IMG/VR virus record: IMGVR_UViG_3300037067_016944
Source: an uncultured virus (IMG/VR IMGVR_UViG_3300037067_016944)
Taxonomy: Duplodnaviria > Heunggongvirae > Uroviricota > Caudoviricetes
Reading direction: 5' to 3' (one strand)
DNA: 64,000 bases
Within the stretch, counting starts at the first letter, position 1. The number at the start of each line of letters is the position of its first letter. Shown in pieces: positions 9,035 to 19,576 of the stretch. The notes under the pieces are model-generated. The model saw nothing but the letters and a program-made list of their open reading frames with translations. It was not told the DNA's origin and made no database searches. Position numbers and translations under genes: made by a program.

Positions 9035-10282
9035 ATGAAGCCTAAGAGTAAGAGCCCCTATGATAAGCACAAGACATATAGTACCACCATCGTCTTCATG
9101 AATTTTCTGGACCATATTGGTCTCTTGGGTGCTTCGGTCAGAAAATTCCTGAATAATAGTTCCGTCCACATCAATAGGCGATTTGAAAAACCATATAGGG
9201 TCATCAAAGGCACCGGTGCTGTAGATGACAAGTTGATACGGAAGGCACAAAAGATACTTGACAATGTAGTGGTCAAATTTGGAAGCTATGAAATAAATGC
9301 TCAGATTTTCTGGGCTAATCTATATCCAGCTATTTGTTTTATTGGTGGTGTATCGAAGCAAATAGCTAAAGCGAAGAATCGTGCCGTTAAGGCTAAAAAG
9401 CCGTTTTCACAAGAAGTGATAAAACAGTTTGAATTTCTTGGAACAGTTTGTGAGCAGTTTGCACCTTCCGCAAAAACATTAGACGATATCTGGAGTGATA
9501 CTCAGCGTGATCTTTATCATTTTTTGATCACTGAAACTTCTCTGGAAAGCGGTGTCTATTCATATATCATCGACAATGGACGTAGCCATATCACAGTATC
9601 ACATGATGTGAAAGCTAAAACATTTGATCTACCAGACGGACATAGAGTAGGTCATGCTGTTGCGATGGCAGGACGCAGCAGCATACAATGGATGAAGATA
9701 AATATCGAACAAGTTGGCCCTAAGATGGAATTGCCAGTATACGCTCAACGACATGTCGTTGAGCGTATGATCGATCGTTTGGATTTAGAAGATAGACCGC
9801 AGGGGTTTGCGTATTATCTTCTAGGCAGTGCATTTAAAAAGCCTGTTATCTATAAATATGATACAAGCTGTGATACTTTTCTTGTTGAATGTAAATGCCA
9901 AAATAGTCGAGTCGGATATTTTGTTTGTCAAATAATTGGCAATGCCGTACTGGTTAACACGTTTCTATTCATTACAATGGATGGAACTCCTGAAGGTAGG
10001 AATGTGCAGCGTGTTTTACGGCTTCGACGCCAAGATAAAGAATATCTCGGTCTTGATCATATCGCCACGTTTCTACGCTCTGATATGCAGTCAGATGCGT
10101 ACTTAGTCAATTTGATGAAAGAATGTGGTTGTGGGCACCTGTTTGATCTGAAAGCAAAGACGCAATCGTTCAGGAGCAACATCAATATAGCGGAAGAGAT
10201 GCGGCGTTATTTAAGAGTCAGACCACAAAAAACAACAGACCGAGATACTGATGAATTGGCGCGAGCACTGGAAACAAGCTAA
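9035..10282 (+). CDS. hypothetical protein
   Basis: 415 aa ORF; GTGCTATAAT about 5 nt before the ATG (possibly leaderless). Confidence 0.8.
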   Translation: MKPKSKSPYDKHKTYSTTIVFMNFLDHIGLLGASVRKFLNNSSVHINRRFEKPYRVIKGTGAVDDKLIRKAQKILDNVVVKFGSYEINAQIFWANLYPAICFIGGVSKQIAKAKNRAVKAKKPFSQEVIKQFEFLGTVCEQFAPSAKTLDDIWSDTQRDLYHFLITETSLESGVYSYIIDNGRSHITVSHDVKAKTFDLPDGHRVGHAVAMAGRSSIQWMKINIEQVGPKMELPVYAQRHVVERMIDRLDLEDRPQGFAYYLLGSAFKKPVIYKYDTSCDTFLVECKCQNSRVGYFVCQIIGNAVLVNTFLFITMDGTPEGRNVQRVLRLRRQDKEYLGLDHIATFLRSDMQSDAYLVNLMKECGCGHLFDLKAKTQSFRSNINIAEEMRRYLRVRPQKTTDRDTDELARALETS

Positions 10283-10697
10283 TCCTTTTGATCAATACAT
10301 GTGTATCTTGATGGCTATCGATGGTAGCACTCAAAACATCAAGGACGGCATAGGCGGCGATAAGCCGCTTGCGTCGTTGGAGCGACACGTCGAAGAAATG
10401 CGTGCCTTAGAGCCCTATCTGCGTCGAGGGTCATGGGAAGAACCTCTCCTGTTTCAGTCGTGCGAAGCAGAAGTAGTGCATGTACGCGGCGATCGGGTTA
10501 TGGTTGTGATGAGCATTGGCGACGACTTTGGCGACGACTTGATCGAGCAGTTCTATAGCCTATCACAGTTCACGGAAATCCCGAAGAAAGGTGATATATT
10601 CGAAGTTCGAGTACAATTCACCAAGCTGCAACCAAGAGAACACACTTGCCTGGATCGGACACGTAAGAATGTAGTGCAACTGCCTCGGACTTTTTAG
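10251..10697 (+). CDS. hypothetical protein
   Basis: Overlapping gene in the same operon. Confidence 0.6.
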   Translation: MNWREHWKQANPFDQYMCILMAIDGSTQNIKDGIGGDKPLASLERHVEEMRALEPYLRRGSWEEPLLFQSCEAEVVHVRGDRVMVVMSIGDDFGDDLIEQFYSLSQFTEIPKKGDIFEVRVQFTKLQPREHTCLDRTRKNVVQLPRTF

Positions 10698-10704
10698 GTG
10701 AACT

Positions 10705-10971
10705 ATGAGAATCATGGTATATCACGGCAAGCATGAAAAGGTTTATTGGCTTGCCGATAGCAAGGAACGGCTAGAAGCTGCATTCAGAAAACTGTTTGAG
10801 ATTCTTGATGATTTCTGCTGCTATGACGATGATGTTCCTGAAATCGTGGCGGCACGGAGCGGAGATATTAAGGCTATTGCAAAAATCTTGCATGATCACA
10901 AAGACTGCGAATATGAAAGCTGGGATTTCATACGTGTCGATGATCCATTAGAAACGCAACCGCCCTGTTGA
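10705..10971 (+). CDS. hypothetical protein
   Basis: AGGTGA RBS. Confidence 0.65.
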   Translation: MRIMVYHGKHEKVYWLADSKERLEAAFRKLFEILDDFCCYDDDVPEIVAARSGDIKAIAKILHDHKDCEYESWDFIRVDDPLETQPPC

Positions 10972-10991
10972 TACGGTATCAACAGGGCGGT
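10959..10991. terminator. bidirectional hairpin between convergent genes
   Basis: ACCGCCCTGTTGATAC-G-GTATCAACAGGGCGGT. Confidence 0.7.
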
Positions 10992-11007
10992 AGGTGACTT
11001 AGCCAGC

Positions 11008-11568
11008 TTAGGCTGCTGGTGTTTCGTCAACCGGAGCTTCCGGTGTGGTTTCCACGGGGGCGGCTGGGATGTCCTCGGGGACTCCGGCAGCGATTGCTAG
11101 ACTGACCGCCACACCACCAACTACCTCGACGTCCAACAGACCCGAAATAGTTTGAATACCTTCGCCTACGTCTGCGTCCGCTGTCACTGTGAGTTGGGTC
11201 GTGCCCAATTCGCCAGTGGTGGTAGCTACGCATGTGAAACCATCGGTCGACGGTTCGAGTGTGACGATCCCAGGACCAACAACGGCCCAAACCGGTGCTC
11301 CATCAACCTGCGCCGGATTACCCTTAGCGTCAACTGGTGACACATTGATGGTAACCCTCTGGTTGTCCTTAAGAATTAGCGACATTGCGACTTCTCCTGA
11401 ATTCGGTGAGGTTTCGACAGGGCCAATATGCCACCGAAAACATACAGCCTTCCGATTACAGGGTAGTTCATGGATATCGTGGGATATTTCCTCGACGATA
11501 CCTTCCAGACGATTAACACGTGCACCAAGATGATGCCTACGCCTAAGCCAATTAAAAAATCTGCACAT
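11008..11568 (-). CDS. Ig-like beta-rich protein, possibly a virion decoration protein; second in-frame start at 11385
   Basis: Val/Thr/Gly-rich strands with DAKGNP motif and a Pro/Glu tail; AGGAG before both ATGs. Confidence 0.6.
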   Translation of the reverse strand: MCRFFNWLRRRHHLGARVNRLEGIVEEISHDIHELPCNRKAVCFRWHIGPVETSPNSGEVAMSLILKDNQRVTINVSPVDAKGNPAQVDGAPVWAVVGPGIVTLEPSTDGFTCVATTTGELGTTQLTVTADADVGEGIQTISGLLDVEVVGGVAVSLAIAAGVPEDIPAAPVETTPEAPVDETPAA

Positions 11569-11732
11569 GTCATCTCTCCTATTGCTTCTCTATTTACGAT
11601 GTTTGACGGACCTTCTTTTGGTCAAGGATGGGTTTCCTTTTAGTTTCGTTGCGTTCCTAGACAAACGTGATATTGATAGAGTATTTGAGCTTTTGATGCC
11701 CCGCTTGGCGTGTTAGAAAACTTGGAGACAGT

Positions 11733-12125
11733 ATGGATTCGGAAGAGCAGGAGATTGAAGAGAATGAAGTTGAGGAATGTACCACACGGCTCAATACCGT
11801 CTTGCCCAACGAGATAGTATTATACTGCCGTATCATTCTAATTAGGAATGGTATGGCTTCTATAGTTCTAACAGATCAGCAAGGGCATAGCTCGTTCGCG
11901 GAATGTAAGGTCGCCAGGCTTAAGGTATGTGGAATTTCAACAAAAGCCGGTAAATTCGACATTATTGTCGCTAAACCAGATAATATAGAGATAAAACTGC
12001 GGACACCACGCAGGGAACGTATTTTGTCTGAGTCGGAATGGCGATTTATGTCCGAGACGATTGAACAGGTTTTGTCCAATAACAAACTGTGCGATAGTCT
12101 CCCAGCATATGTCTATGGCAATTAA
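11733..12125 (+). CDS. hypothetical protein
   Basis: GGAG RBS. Confidence 0.65.
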   Translation: MDSEEQEIEENEVEECTTRLNTVLPNEIVLYCRIILIRNGMASIVLTDQQGHSSFAECKVARLKVCGISTKAGKFDIIVAKPDNIEIKLRTPRRERILSESEWRFMSETIEQVLSNNKLCDSLPAYVYGN

Positions 12126-12614
12126 ATGATTAAGAAACCGTGCGAGATTAGTACTGATGTTAAAATGGCTGTTCAACTTATTGTCGAATCGCCATCCACC
12201 GAACAGCCGCAAACATCAGAAAAGCCATGGTCGCTACATATGCTAGGTGACATCGGCATGCTTGATATTCGTTCTGCCGACGATGGACCAGTTGCTTTTA
12301 CTGGTACTGCTGTGCGTACACGCGAAGAGAACGAAGCAAACGGTGCTTTAATCGTGAGCGCAGCCAACACCTTTGACGACATTCCCGATATCGTATCATA
12401 CGCCTACTATCTAGGTATGCGTAATGTCGAAGAATTGCTTAAGTTGGTGCAGAAGATCGCACTAGAAGCATTTAATCATTGGGATAACGATGAAGATATG
12501 AAAGTAGGCAAAATACTACAGGCATTGGCGGGCATTTTGCCTGGCTATAGAGTTGATACTGATCTGCTTAGCTCGACTATCGATACATTTCACAGGGAGT
12601 GCGATGATGACTGA
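12126..12614 (+). CDS. hypothetical protein
   Basis: Abuts the upstream gene. Confidence 0.6.
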   Translation: MIKKPCEISTDVKMAVQLIVESPSTEQPQTSEKPWSLHMLGDIGMLDIRSADDGPVAFTGTAVRTREENEANGALIVSAANTFDDIPDIVSYAYYLGMRNVEELLKLVQKIALEAFNHWDNDEDMKVGKILQALAGILPGYRVDTDLLSSTIDTFHRECDDD

Positions 12615-13025
12615 ATGGCGACATAAGATTAATCTCGCTAGCGTAATGTGCAGGTGTGCTGAAGAGCACGATCTCACACATATCGAGGAAGACTGCCCAG
12701 AAGAAGTAAAAGAGGCGATTGCGATAGAGATCGTAAAAGCTTGGCCGCTCAAACGATTCGCTCAGACAATACGGCAAGCGAAGAGTATTGCTGAAGTCAA
12801 CCGCATACTCAAGAACATCTACGATGATCTAATCCAAAGCCTTTTTCTCACCCTTCCGTAGTACCAAAACAATCTCGCTACCGTTGTTTTCTACATCAAC
12901 GATAGTGTACCAAATTAGGGTAGAGTGATGCACTCTCCTTTTTGATGCACCAGTCTTGCTATATTCGGTTATATGTTGATCGCCGACGAGGCATAATGGA
13001 TCTGTGGTGATTGTGATTTTCTTCA

Positions 13026-13361
13026 TTAGTGTGTATATTTTTCAACTTCGCTTATAGCATCCTCAGCAGCCGAGATATGCCGAAGATCAAAGTAAGCAGA
13101 CGCTGCCGGATCTGCTTGAATGTCGCGTAGGAGCATCGTAACTACTTGCAACAAGTTTTCGTGGCAATTGCAAGCACAAACGATGAAGTTCGCATCATCT
13201 TCGCTGATTTGAACGCCCGATACCGTGCCGTCACTACTAGAATCATATGCGGCAGAAATGATAACGGGGCGTCTTCCGGCGATTATCTCCCGCCAATTCT
13301 TTGAAAAGCTGCTTTTCGTTGCTGTACTCTTGACTTCCCAGGGTGTTTCCGTATGTTTCAT
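13026..13361 (-). CDS. phage hypothetical protein
   Basis: KHTETPW...DANFIVCACN, a common phage small-protein pattern. Confidence 0.65.
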   Translation of the reverse strand: MKHTETPWEVKSTATKSSFSKNWREIIAGRRPVIISAAYDSSSDGTVSGVQISEDDANFIVCACNCHENLLQVVTMLLRDIQADPAASAYFDLRHISAAEDAISEVEKYTH

Positions 13362-13415
13362 TATAGTTCCAGTTTTTGATGGTATTTAAATTCAAATACG
13401 AGGTAAACATATAAT

Positions 13416-14564
13416 ATGGACACAGAACATTTAGGACAGGTCTTCACTCCACAATCCATAGTATTTCGCATGCTTGGACTGCGGCAGCGTCTTGGAACTG
13501 TACTTGAGCCAAGCGTTGGCGACGGGGCTTTTTGGCAACACCTACGCGGAGAAGATGCTGTCGGCATCGAGGTTGATCCGAGGTATTGCCCATCAGATTG
13601 TCTTAATATGGACTTCTTCGATTACGACGTCAGCCATCGATTTAATACGATCATAGCAAATCCACCATATGTCGCTGGTAAGAATGTCTGCGCATCAACC
13701 AGAGCGAAGTTAACTAAACTATTTCCATTTAAAACAAATCTCTATATCCATTTCATCGCCAAATGTCTAGCACATCTCAATCGCCACGGCGAATTAATAT
13801 TCATCACGCCACGCGATTTCATTAAGCTTACGCTTGCAGCTCCTATCAACAACTTGATGGCTTCGACTGGCTATATAACGCATTGGCTCGAATTCGGTGA
13901 AGACAATCCTTTCACAGGTCCGACTGCGCACAATCTGGTGATATGGAGATTCGAGAAAGACTACACTGGTCATAAGTTGACCTTCGTGAATGATTCTATT
14001 AGAAGGATGGTCAATTCGAATGGTCAGTTGATGTTCGTGTCAGCCGACTATTCCGTCCCATTTTCAGAATTATTTTATGTCAAGGTTGGTGCCGTCAGCG
14101 GTGCCGACAAAGTGTTCGTTGATGAAAAAGGCAACCTTGATATAGTTTATTCGGGGACAGCTAGAACGGGTAAGACTAGAAAAGTCTACTATGATCACTT
14201 CGATGATCATTTACTTGAATCCAAAGAACGGCTAAAAGCTAGACGGATCAGAAAATTCAACGATGATAATTGGTTTAGATGGGGGCGGTCGCTTTGTTCT
14301 GACAATGCTGACAGAATCTACGTTAATTGCAAGACACGTAGCAGCAGGCCGTTTTTCTTACATCCGTGCAAGAATTTTGATGGTGCCGTCTTAGCAGTAT
14401 TCCCAAAGAAAAGAATGAATCTGCGAAAGGCGTGTGAAATGCTAAATGACGTCGACTGGCACGATCTTGGCTTTGGTTATGGTGGTAGATTCATTTTCAA
14501 CCAGAGGTCGTTGGAAAATTCGCTACTACCATCCGATTTAGTTGCCGGGGTTTTAAATGGGTAG
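13416..14564 (+). CDS. amino-methyltransferase (N6-adenine, gamma class) with C-terminal target-recognition region
   Basis: GQVFTP, LEPSVGDGAF, NPPY. Confidence 0.85.
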   Translation: MDTEHLGQVFTPQSIVFRMLGLRQRLGTVLEPSVGDGAFWQHLRGEDAVGIEVDPRYCPSDCLNMDFFDYDVSHRFNTIIANPPYVAGKNVCASTRAKLTKLFPFKTNLYIHFIAKCLAHLNRHGELIFITPRDFIKLTLAAPINNLMASTGYITHWLEFGEDNPFTGPTAHNLVIWRFEKDYTGHKLTFVNDSIRRMVNSNGQLMFVSADYSVPFSELFYVKVGAVSGADKVFVDEKGNLDIVYSGTARTGKTRKVYYDHFDDHLLESKERLKARRIRKFNDDNWFRWGRSLCSDNADRIYVNCKTRSSRPFFLHPCKNFDGAVLAVFPKKRMNLRKACEMLNDVDWHDLGFGYGGRFIFNQRSLENSLLPSDLVAGVLNG

Positions 14565-15354
14565 GCACATAAGAAAAAGTAAGCAATGTGCGTTCTTTAC
14601 CAAGCCAGAGATAGCGAAACGGCTGATCGATGAGACACATACCGAACGGTTCAAGCTCATCATTGAACCGTCTGCTGGCGATGGATCATTTTCAAGACAA
14701 ATCGAAGGTTATCAATGGGCTCTTGATATAGATCCAAAACATCCATCAATAGTCAAGTGTGATTTTTTGAAGTTTCAGTATAATGGTGAAATCGATCGCA
14801 AAGACATACTATGTATTGGTAATCCTCCCTTTGGTCCAAACGGCTCGCTTGCGCTAGCTTTCATTAAGAAATGTACAGAGATAGCTGATACTGTCGCTTT
14901 TATTTTGCCGCTCTCATATAAGAAAGAGAGTATGCAGGCGAGAGTGCCTGAATATTATCATCTAACCAAACAGATAGATTTACCATTAGAGAACGCTTTG
15001 CTTAATGGTGAGCCGCAAGAAGTTCCAGTCGTTTTTCAGATTTGGGAGCGTAAATGGTACCTGAGACCAAAACCTATCTATATTCCGCCAGTCGGCTTCT
15101 CTTACGTGAAAAGAGATCAAGCACACTTTTGTGTCAGACGAGTCGGAATGCGTGCTGGTAAAGCGTCTCGTGAATTATCACCATCTATTACTGCACACTA
15201 CTATATTAGGCTTGATCTAAATAACGTCGTCTGGGTCGATACGGCGATACAGCAACTCAATATGGTGAAATGGGAACATAATAATACGGTAGGCCAGAGG
15301 TCAATATCGAAGAATGAGTTAACTAGAGTGTTAACTCCGATATTGATGCTTTAA
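14557..15354 (+). CDS. second DNA amino-methyltransferase
   Basis: FFTK, IEPSAGDGSF, GNPPF. Confidence 0.8.
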   Translation: MGRHIRKSKQCAFFTKPEIAKRLIDETHTERFKLIIEPSAGDGSFSRQIEGYQWALDIDPKHPSIVKCDFLKFQYNGEIDRKDILCIGNPPFGPNGSLALAFIKKCTEIADTVAFILPLSYKKESMQARVPEYYHLTKQIDLPLENALLNGEPQEVPVVFQIWERKWYLRPKPIYIPPVGFSYVKRDQAHFCVRRVGMRAGKASRELSPSITAHYYIRLDLNNVVWVDTAIQQLNMVKWEHNNTVGQRSISKNELTRVLTPILML

Positions 15355-16145
15355 TCTTTCTCTTGCGATATCAACTTCCGGATGAAAGTGCCATAGGCAT
15401 CCTTCATCGGCAATTCGAGTTCGCGATGTAATCGTTTGCGGCTCACTACCACGGGCTGCTGCGTGGCTTTATTGATCGCGTGCTTTTCGTATTCTTGCCA
15501 GTAGATGCCGATGCCGCGTTTCTGCCAACTTGGTAAATCATTGAAGTTGATGTGATAGTTGAACAGCAATTCATTCTTTTGTGGAACTGTTAGGCCGAGC
15601 ATTTCGGATGTTGCTTTTCTCGCACTCCTACCGGTACTCCGTAGGCACCAGTAGCAATGTGAGTTTAATGCATTTCGGCAGGCATCCTCATTCCGCCAGC
15701 GGAAGTAATCGACAACCAATGCCGTAGTCGGAAGTTCAGAGATTCTGCAATCGAAGGCGACCGTATCCTTACCGGTCGTCGCCGGGAAAAGGCCGATCAA
15801 CAACGATGTGAATATCGAACTCGCTTCACCAGCCAACACAGAGGTTAGCTTACGGGCTTTTCTACCAAAAGTCTGCTCATTTAATGCGAAAAGCAATGAA
15901 ATCTCGTCGCTTTCAGTATAACCGTAGGTGATGTCGAATCCGCATTTCATCAGATGCTCGGTGGTACCGATCATCAAATCACGGAACGCGACGTCAAAAG
16001 GTGCCTCGAACCTACTGCTCTCCTTCGTCAGCCGTGTGAAGCTACGTCCGTCCAATCGAGCTACCACGTGAATGCCAGGAAGGACGCAATAATCATGTGC
16101 TGTCTCGAACACGCGCATTTTAGTATCGAGGTCGTCGAACTTCAT
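15351..16145 (-). CDS. Thg1-like protein (tRNA-His guanylyltransferase / 3'-5' polymerase)
   Basis: RLDGRSF, YTESDEISL, FDCR, YFRWR, WQKRG. Confidence 0.9.
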   Translation of the reverse strand: MKFDDLDTKMRVFETAHDYCVLPGIHVVARLDGRSFTRLTKESSRFEAPFDVAFRDLMIGTTEHLMKCGFDITYGYTESDEISLLFALNEQTFGRKARKLTSVLAGEASSIFTSLLIGLFPATTGKDTVAFDCRISELPTTALVVDYFRWRNEDACRNALNSHCYWCLRSTGRSARKATSEMLGLTVPQKNELLFNYHINFNDLPSWQKRGIGIYWQEYEKHAINKATQQPVVVSRKRLHRELELPMKDAYGTFIRKLISQEKD

Positions 16146-16471
16146 GCTAACTCCCGGCTATTTCTTTCAGACGCTCGCGGACTGACGGTATTGCCAGCTG
16201 TGCCGCTTGCTCTTCGATGATTTTCACCAACTCATGCACTAGATGAGTTCCGGCTTCCCTGATCTCAGCAGCTTCTCCACCAGTTGGGCTATGCGTTCCC
16301 AACAATGGAGTTTGCTGATACATCGCATCAAGCAGTGTACCGATCACAATAACGGGTTGCTCGCCGGTATATTGGGCTAATGAGTGGCCGTCGCAACCAC
16401 GGCAATCCCATTGGACTTCGACGATCCCTGTCTTAGTTTGTTTCACTTTTCTGATGAGCCATGGGAACATT

Positions 16472-16909
16472 TCATTTCTCCAGCTTGTAATAGCCATACA
16501 CACACCTTGTGCCATCGCGTGATGGATTATGTGTGTCGTTGATTACGCCGTCAATAACAGCAACGTAGTGCTTGGATACTGCTACCACAAGCCGACCCAT
16601 GGGTAGTTCGTTCGCATGTAAGTGAACCCGACAGCCGAATCTGATCTGCATGGTCGGATACCACTTAAAGCCAAGGCTCGTCATATAGTCCTTGAACCAT
16701 TTCCGCTTCGTATTCACACCATCGCGGGCACTAGTTCTTTGCTTTGATTTGGTTGTTTTGTGTTGTGTCCTTGTCCCTTCTGATAACACATCGTAAACTT
16801 CACGATACGACCTGCCGGAAGCGATGGCGACTGCTCTTACAACGCAGTCCCCAGCCGAGCCTTTAAATCCGGCTTCGGTTCTTCCGCCATCATTAAGCAG
16901 GAATTGCAT
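16472..16909 (-). CDS. phage hypothetical protein
   Basis: NDGGR...GDCVVRAVAIA...HYVAVIDGVINDT; start revised to 16909. Confidence 0.7.
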   Translation of the reverse strand: MQFLLNDGGRTEAGFKGSAGDCVVRAVAIASGRSYREVYDVLSEGTRTQHKTTKSKQRTSARDGVNTKRKWFKDYMTSLGFKWYPTMQIRFGCRVHLHANELPMGRLVVAVSKHYVAVIDGVINDTHNPSRDGTRCVYGYYKLEK

Positions 16910-17240
16910 CTGATGGTTCCGATTGAACAAATTCATAGGCATCAAGGCATGCTTTGAGCGTACACCACTTCGAGCCATCGCTTATGGACAGTATCTTTTC
17001 GTCTCTCCAAGCACCTTCGGGGTCATTTGGAATAAACACGGCAGCGACACGTTGGCCGCTCTTTTCAAGCAAATCTTTCAGATCGCCCAATGCTTGGATT
17101 TTGGTACAATCTGGTTTCAGAGTGAGCTTAAGCCGAAATGGTTTTGCGACTATTTTAAACGGCTCGAACAGATCGGCATCCTGCATGAATCTAGTCATGT
17201 GTTCGTGGCCAAAAATAGCGACAACAAGTAATTCGTTCAC
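16893..17240 (-). CDS. hypothetical protein
   Basis: Part of a coupled minus-strand array. Confidence 0.6.
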   Translation of the reverse strand: MNELLVVAIFGHEHMTRFMQDADLFEPFKIVAKPFRLKLTLKPDCTKIQALGDLKDLLEKSGQRVAAVFIPNDPEGAWRDEKILSISDGSKWCTLKACLDAYEFVQSEPSDAIPA

Positions 17241-17707
17241 TTCACTCTCCTTGTGCTATATCTGGCAAAGTGCTTGATGGTGCAGATACCGTCCATCCAT
17301 TTCTTGCGAATGAAGCGTCCGGTTTTCCTCTCCCTTGTCAATTTGATGTAGGAGAGTTCGGACGCTTCATAGTTATTTTCTTTTTTAGCAGGCCAGAAGA
17401 ATATGACACCGCGATAGGTACCATTCACGCAGCGATAGATTCCACCGACCTTTATTTCACTCGGTTTCATGGCGTCACATCATCAAGGTGAATAACACGT
17501 TCTGGTAGCTCTAGTTTATCTGGCACAACGAACACCTTATTGAGTGGTACGTTGTTCGCTGTTAGCATTCTTGCGATAATTGTTTGCGAGTAGCCGTAAT
17601 CGTCTAGCTTCTCCGCCAACGCAATAGCACGTTCTTCGCCAATTCCGACGAAATCCTCAAATTCGGCGAAATCCGAGAACCACCAAACGTGATCTGGTAC
17701 CGATCTA

Positions 17708-18187
17708 TCATTCGCCATTTTCGCCGAACACCCACATGTGGTCGAATTCGGAAGCGGCCATCGCTGGTGTATCGCCGGTTGCCGACACTCCATCAAGTTC
17801 CATCGTCCAGCGGCCATCGACTTCTTTGATGGTTACACCCGGCTGGCGCGACGGTCGCTGGAACTCTTTATAATGTCGAACAGCGAGTTGCGCCATCTTC
17901 AGTCGCTCCGCACATTCTGCTTGTTCTGCTTGAATCCTTGTTCTCATCGCATCGACGCTCAATAGAGCGGCATCGCGGTTGATCTGAGCGACTTCGCGTT
18001 CCAACTCGGTCCGGCGTAGAGCTTCTTCGGCTGACTTTATCGAGATCTCTTCCATGCGCTTCTGATATGATGCACGATCATCCAAACCGAGCATGCCCAT
18101 CATCTTGTCAAGCCGCTCTCGGGCCATCTCGTAATAATCGGCTTCTGGTTCGGGAGTTGGTGTGTTTGGTGAATCGCTTTGCATCAC
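17708..18187 (-). CDS. coiled-coil hypothetical protein
   Basis: Part of a coupled minus-strand array. Confidence 0.65.
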   Translation of the reverse strand: MMQSDSPNTPTPEPEADYYEMARERLDKMMGMLGLDDRASYQKRMEEISIKSAEEALRRTELEREVAQINRDAALLSVDAMRTRIQAEQAECAERLKMAQLAVRHYKEFQRPSRQPGVTIKEVDGRWTMELDGVSATGDTPAMAASEFDHMWVFGENGE

Positions 18188-18696
18188 TGTGTCTTTCCTG
18201 GTAATGTTTCCTTTAGTTTAGCTTCTCTCGCCGCAGTCGCTTCTGCAGCAGCCTTGGCCATTACATCGGCCTCCTTACGGAACTCTTCAATCTGTTCCGC
18301 TGTGATGCCGGTTCTAGTGGCGGCATTCACTTCTTGCCACCGCTCGTCGCTCACATTATGATGCCAAGCGTTCCATTTGCGGTACCACACCCAGTAGGCT
18401 TCGGTCCCTCTGCCGTCTTCTTGTAATGGCTGCTCGATACCGAATTTCGGAAGCTCATTGATCGCCTCGATCTGCCGTGCCTTGACTTTGACGATATCGG
18501 CGTCTAGCCCAGCATGTTCGCTCTGTGGAATACGGCCATCGGCCATATCATGATTCATACGCCAACAAAAGGCACCACACTCCTCAATAAGGAAGTATAA
18601 TTCGAGTTCATTGAGGTCTTTTACGTCTTTATTGATCTGCTTGCTCATGATATTCCTCGTATTTCGGCTAAAATACGGTCTGCGCCTTGTACGCAT
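18184..18696 (-). CDS. hypothetical protein
   Basis: True start probably ATG 18648 (GAGGA RBS). Confidence 0.65.
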   Translation of the reverse strand: MRTRRRPYFSRNTRNIMSKQINKDVKDLNELELYFLIEECGAFCWRMNHDMADGRIPQSEHAGLDADIVKVKARQIEAINELPKFGIEQPLQEDGRGTEAYWVWYRKWNAWHHNVSDERWQEVNAATRTGITAEQIEEFRKEADVMAKAAAEATAAREAKLKETLPGKTQ

Positions 18697-19019
18697 TCTG
18701 CCATCGCGTCAGTGTGCATTTTGATGTAAAACGCGTACTCTTTAATGACCTGCTTGAGCAGTGAGATAGCATGGCTATTGACCATTACGCCACCTGTGAT
18801 CTCACTGCGAACCGGCGAAATTGTCAGAGTTGCGAATTGGCGTTTGCCTTTATCGCCCGACAAGTCAATATATGCCTCTACTGCTATATAGCAGAATGCG
18901 GCAGCGCCAGTAGGAAGACGCTTGGGAGTGTGTACGGTTACTTTGATGTGTAGCGGTGCTAGTGTTTCCTCTACACATCGTTTGACGCAACGGCAAAACT
19001 CTGGGGTGGTCATGCTCAT
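18645..19019 (-). CDS. hypothetical protein
   Basis: GAGG RBS; promoter motif at 19038-19048. Confidence 0.65.
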   Translation of the reverse strand: MSMTTPEFCRCVKRCVEETLAPLHIKVTVHTPKRLPTGAAAFCYIAVEAYIDLSGDKGKRQFATLTISPVRSEITGGVMVNSHAISLLKQVIKEYAFYIKMHTDAMAECVQGADRILAEIRGIS

Positions 19020-19576
19020 AGAAACCTCTCTACCTATTTATAGCACGAGAAGTATCGACTTTTAATTAGCACTCTTGTGTCTTACTTCGGCACCATGGAT
19101 TTGGCACCACATTTGCCAAGCTGTAATTGTCGTCCTATGAGATGGGTATAATTCTCCGTTTTTAAACATATCGAAGGTAATGGGCTGCATGTCCTCGACG
19201 ACAACCATAGTGACCAGACACACAACGTCATCGCCTGCAATGGTGGCCTCAACCATATCGCCGGGTCGTGGGTCGGTCAACGGGCAGCGGTCATCCATGA
19301 TGCTATTCGCGAGCTAATTCAAGCAACGCACTTTCTTTGAATGCGTCTCGCTCTTTTTCATCTTCGATCAGAACGTCGGCCAAGATACAAACTTGTATTT
19401 CGGCACGCTCGGTTAGCTCGTCGTCTGATGGAATATAGGGAACGCGGCGATCGCGCCAGTGGCGTTTGCAAATCACACGGGATTTTACATACTGTTCCCT
19501 ATTATACGGCCAATGGATACCTCTATGTCGAAGCCGACCATTTTGTTTGATTGGCTCCTCATAGATTCGTTGGATT

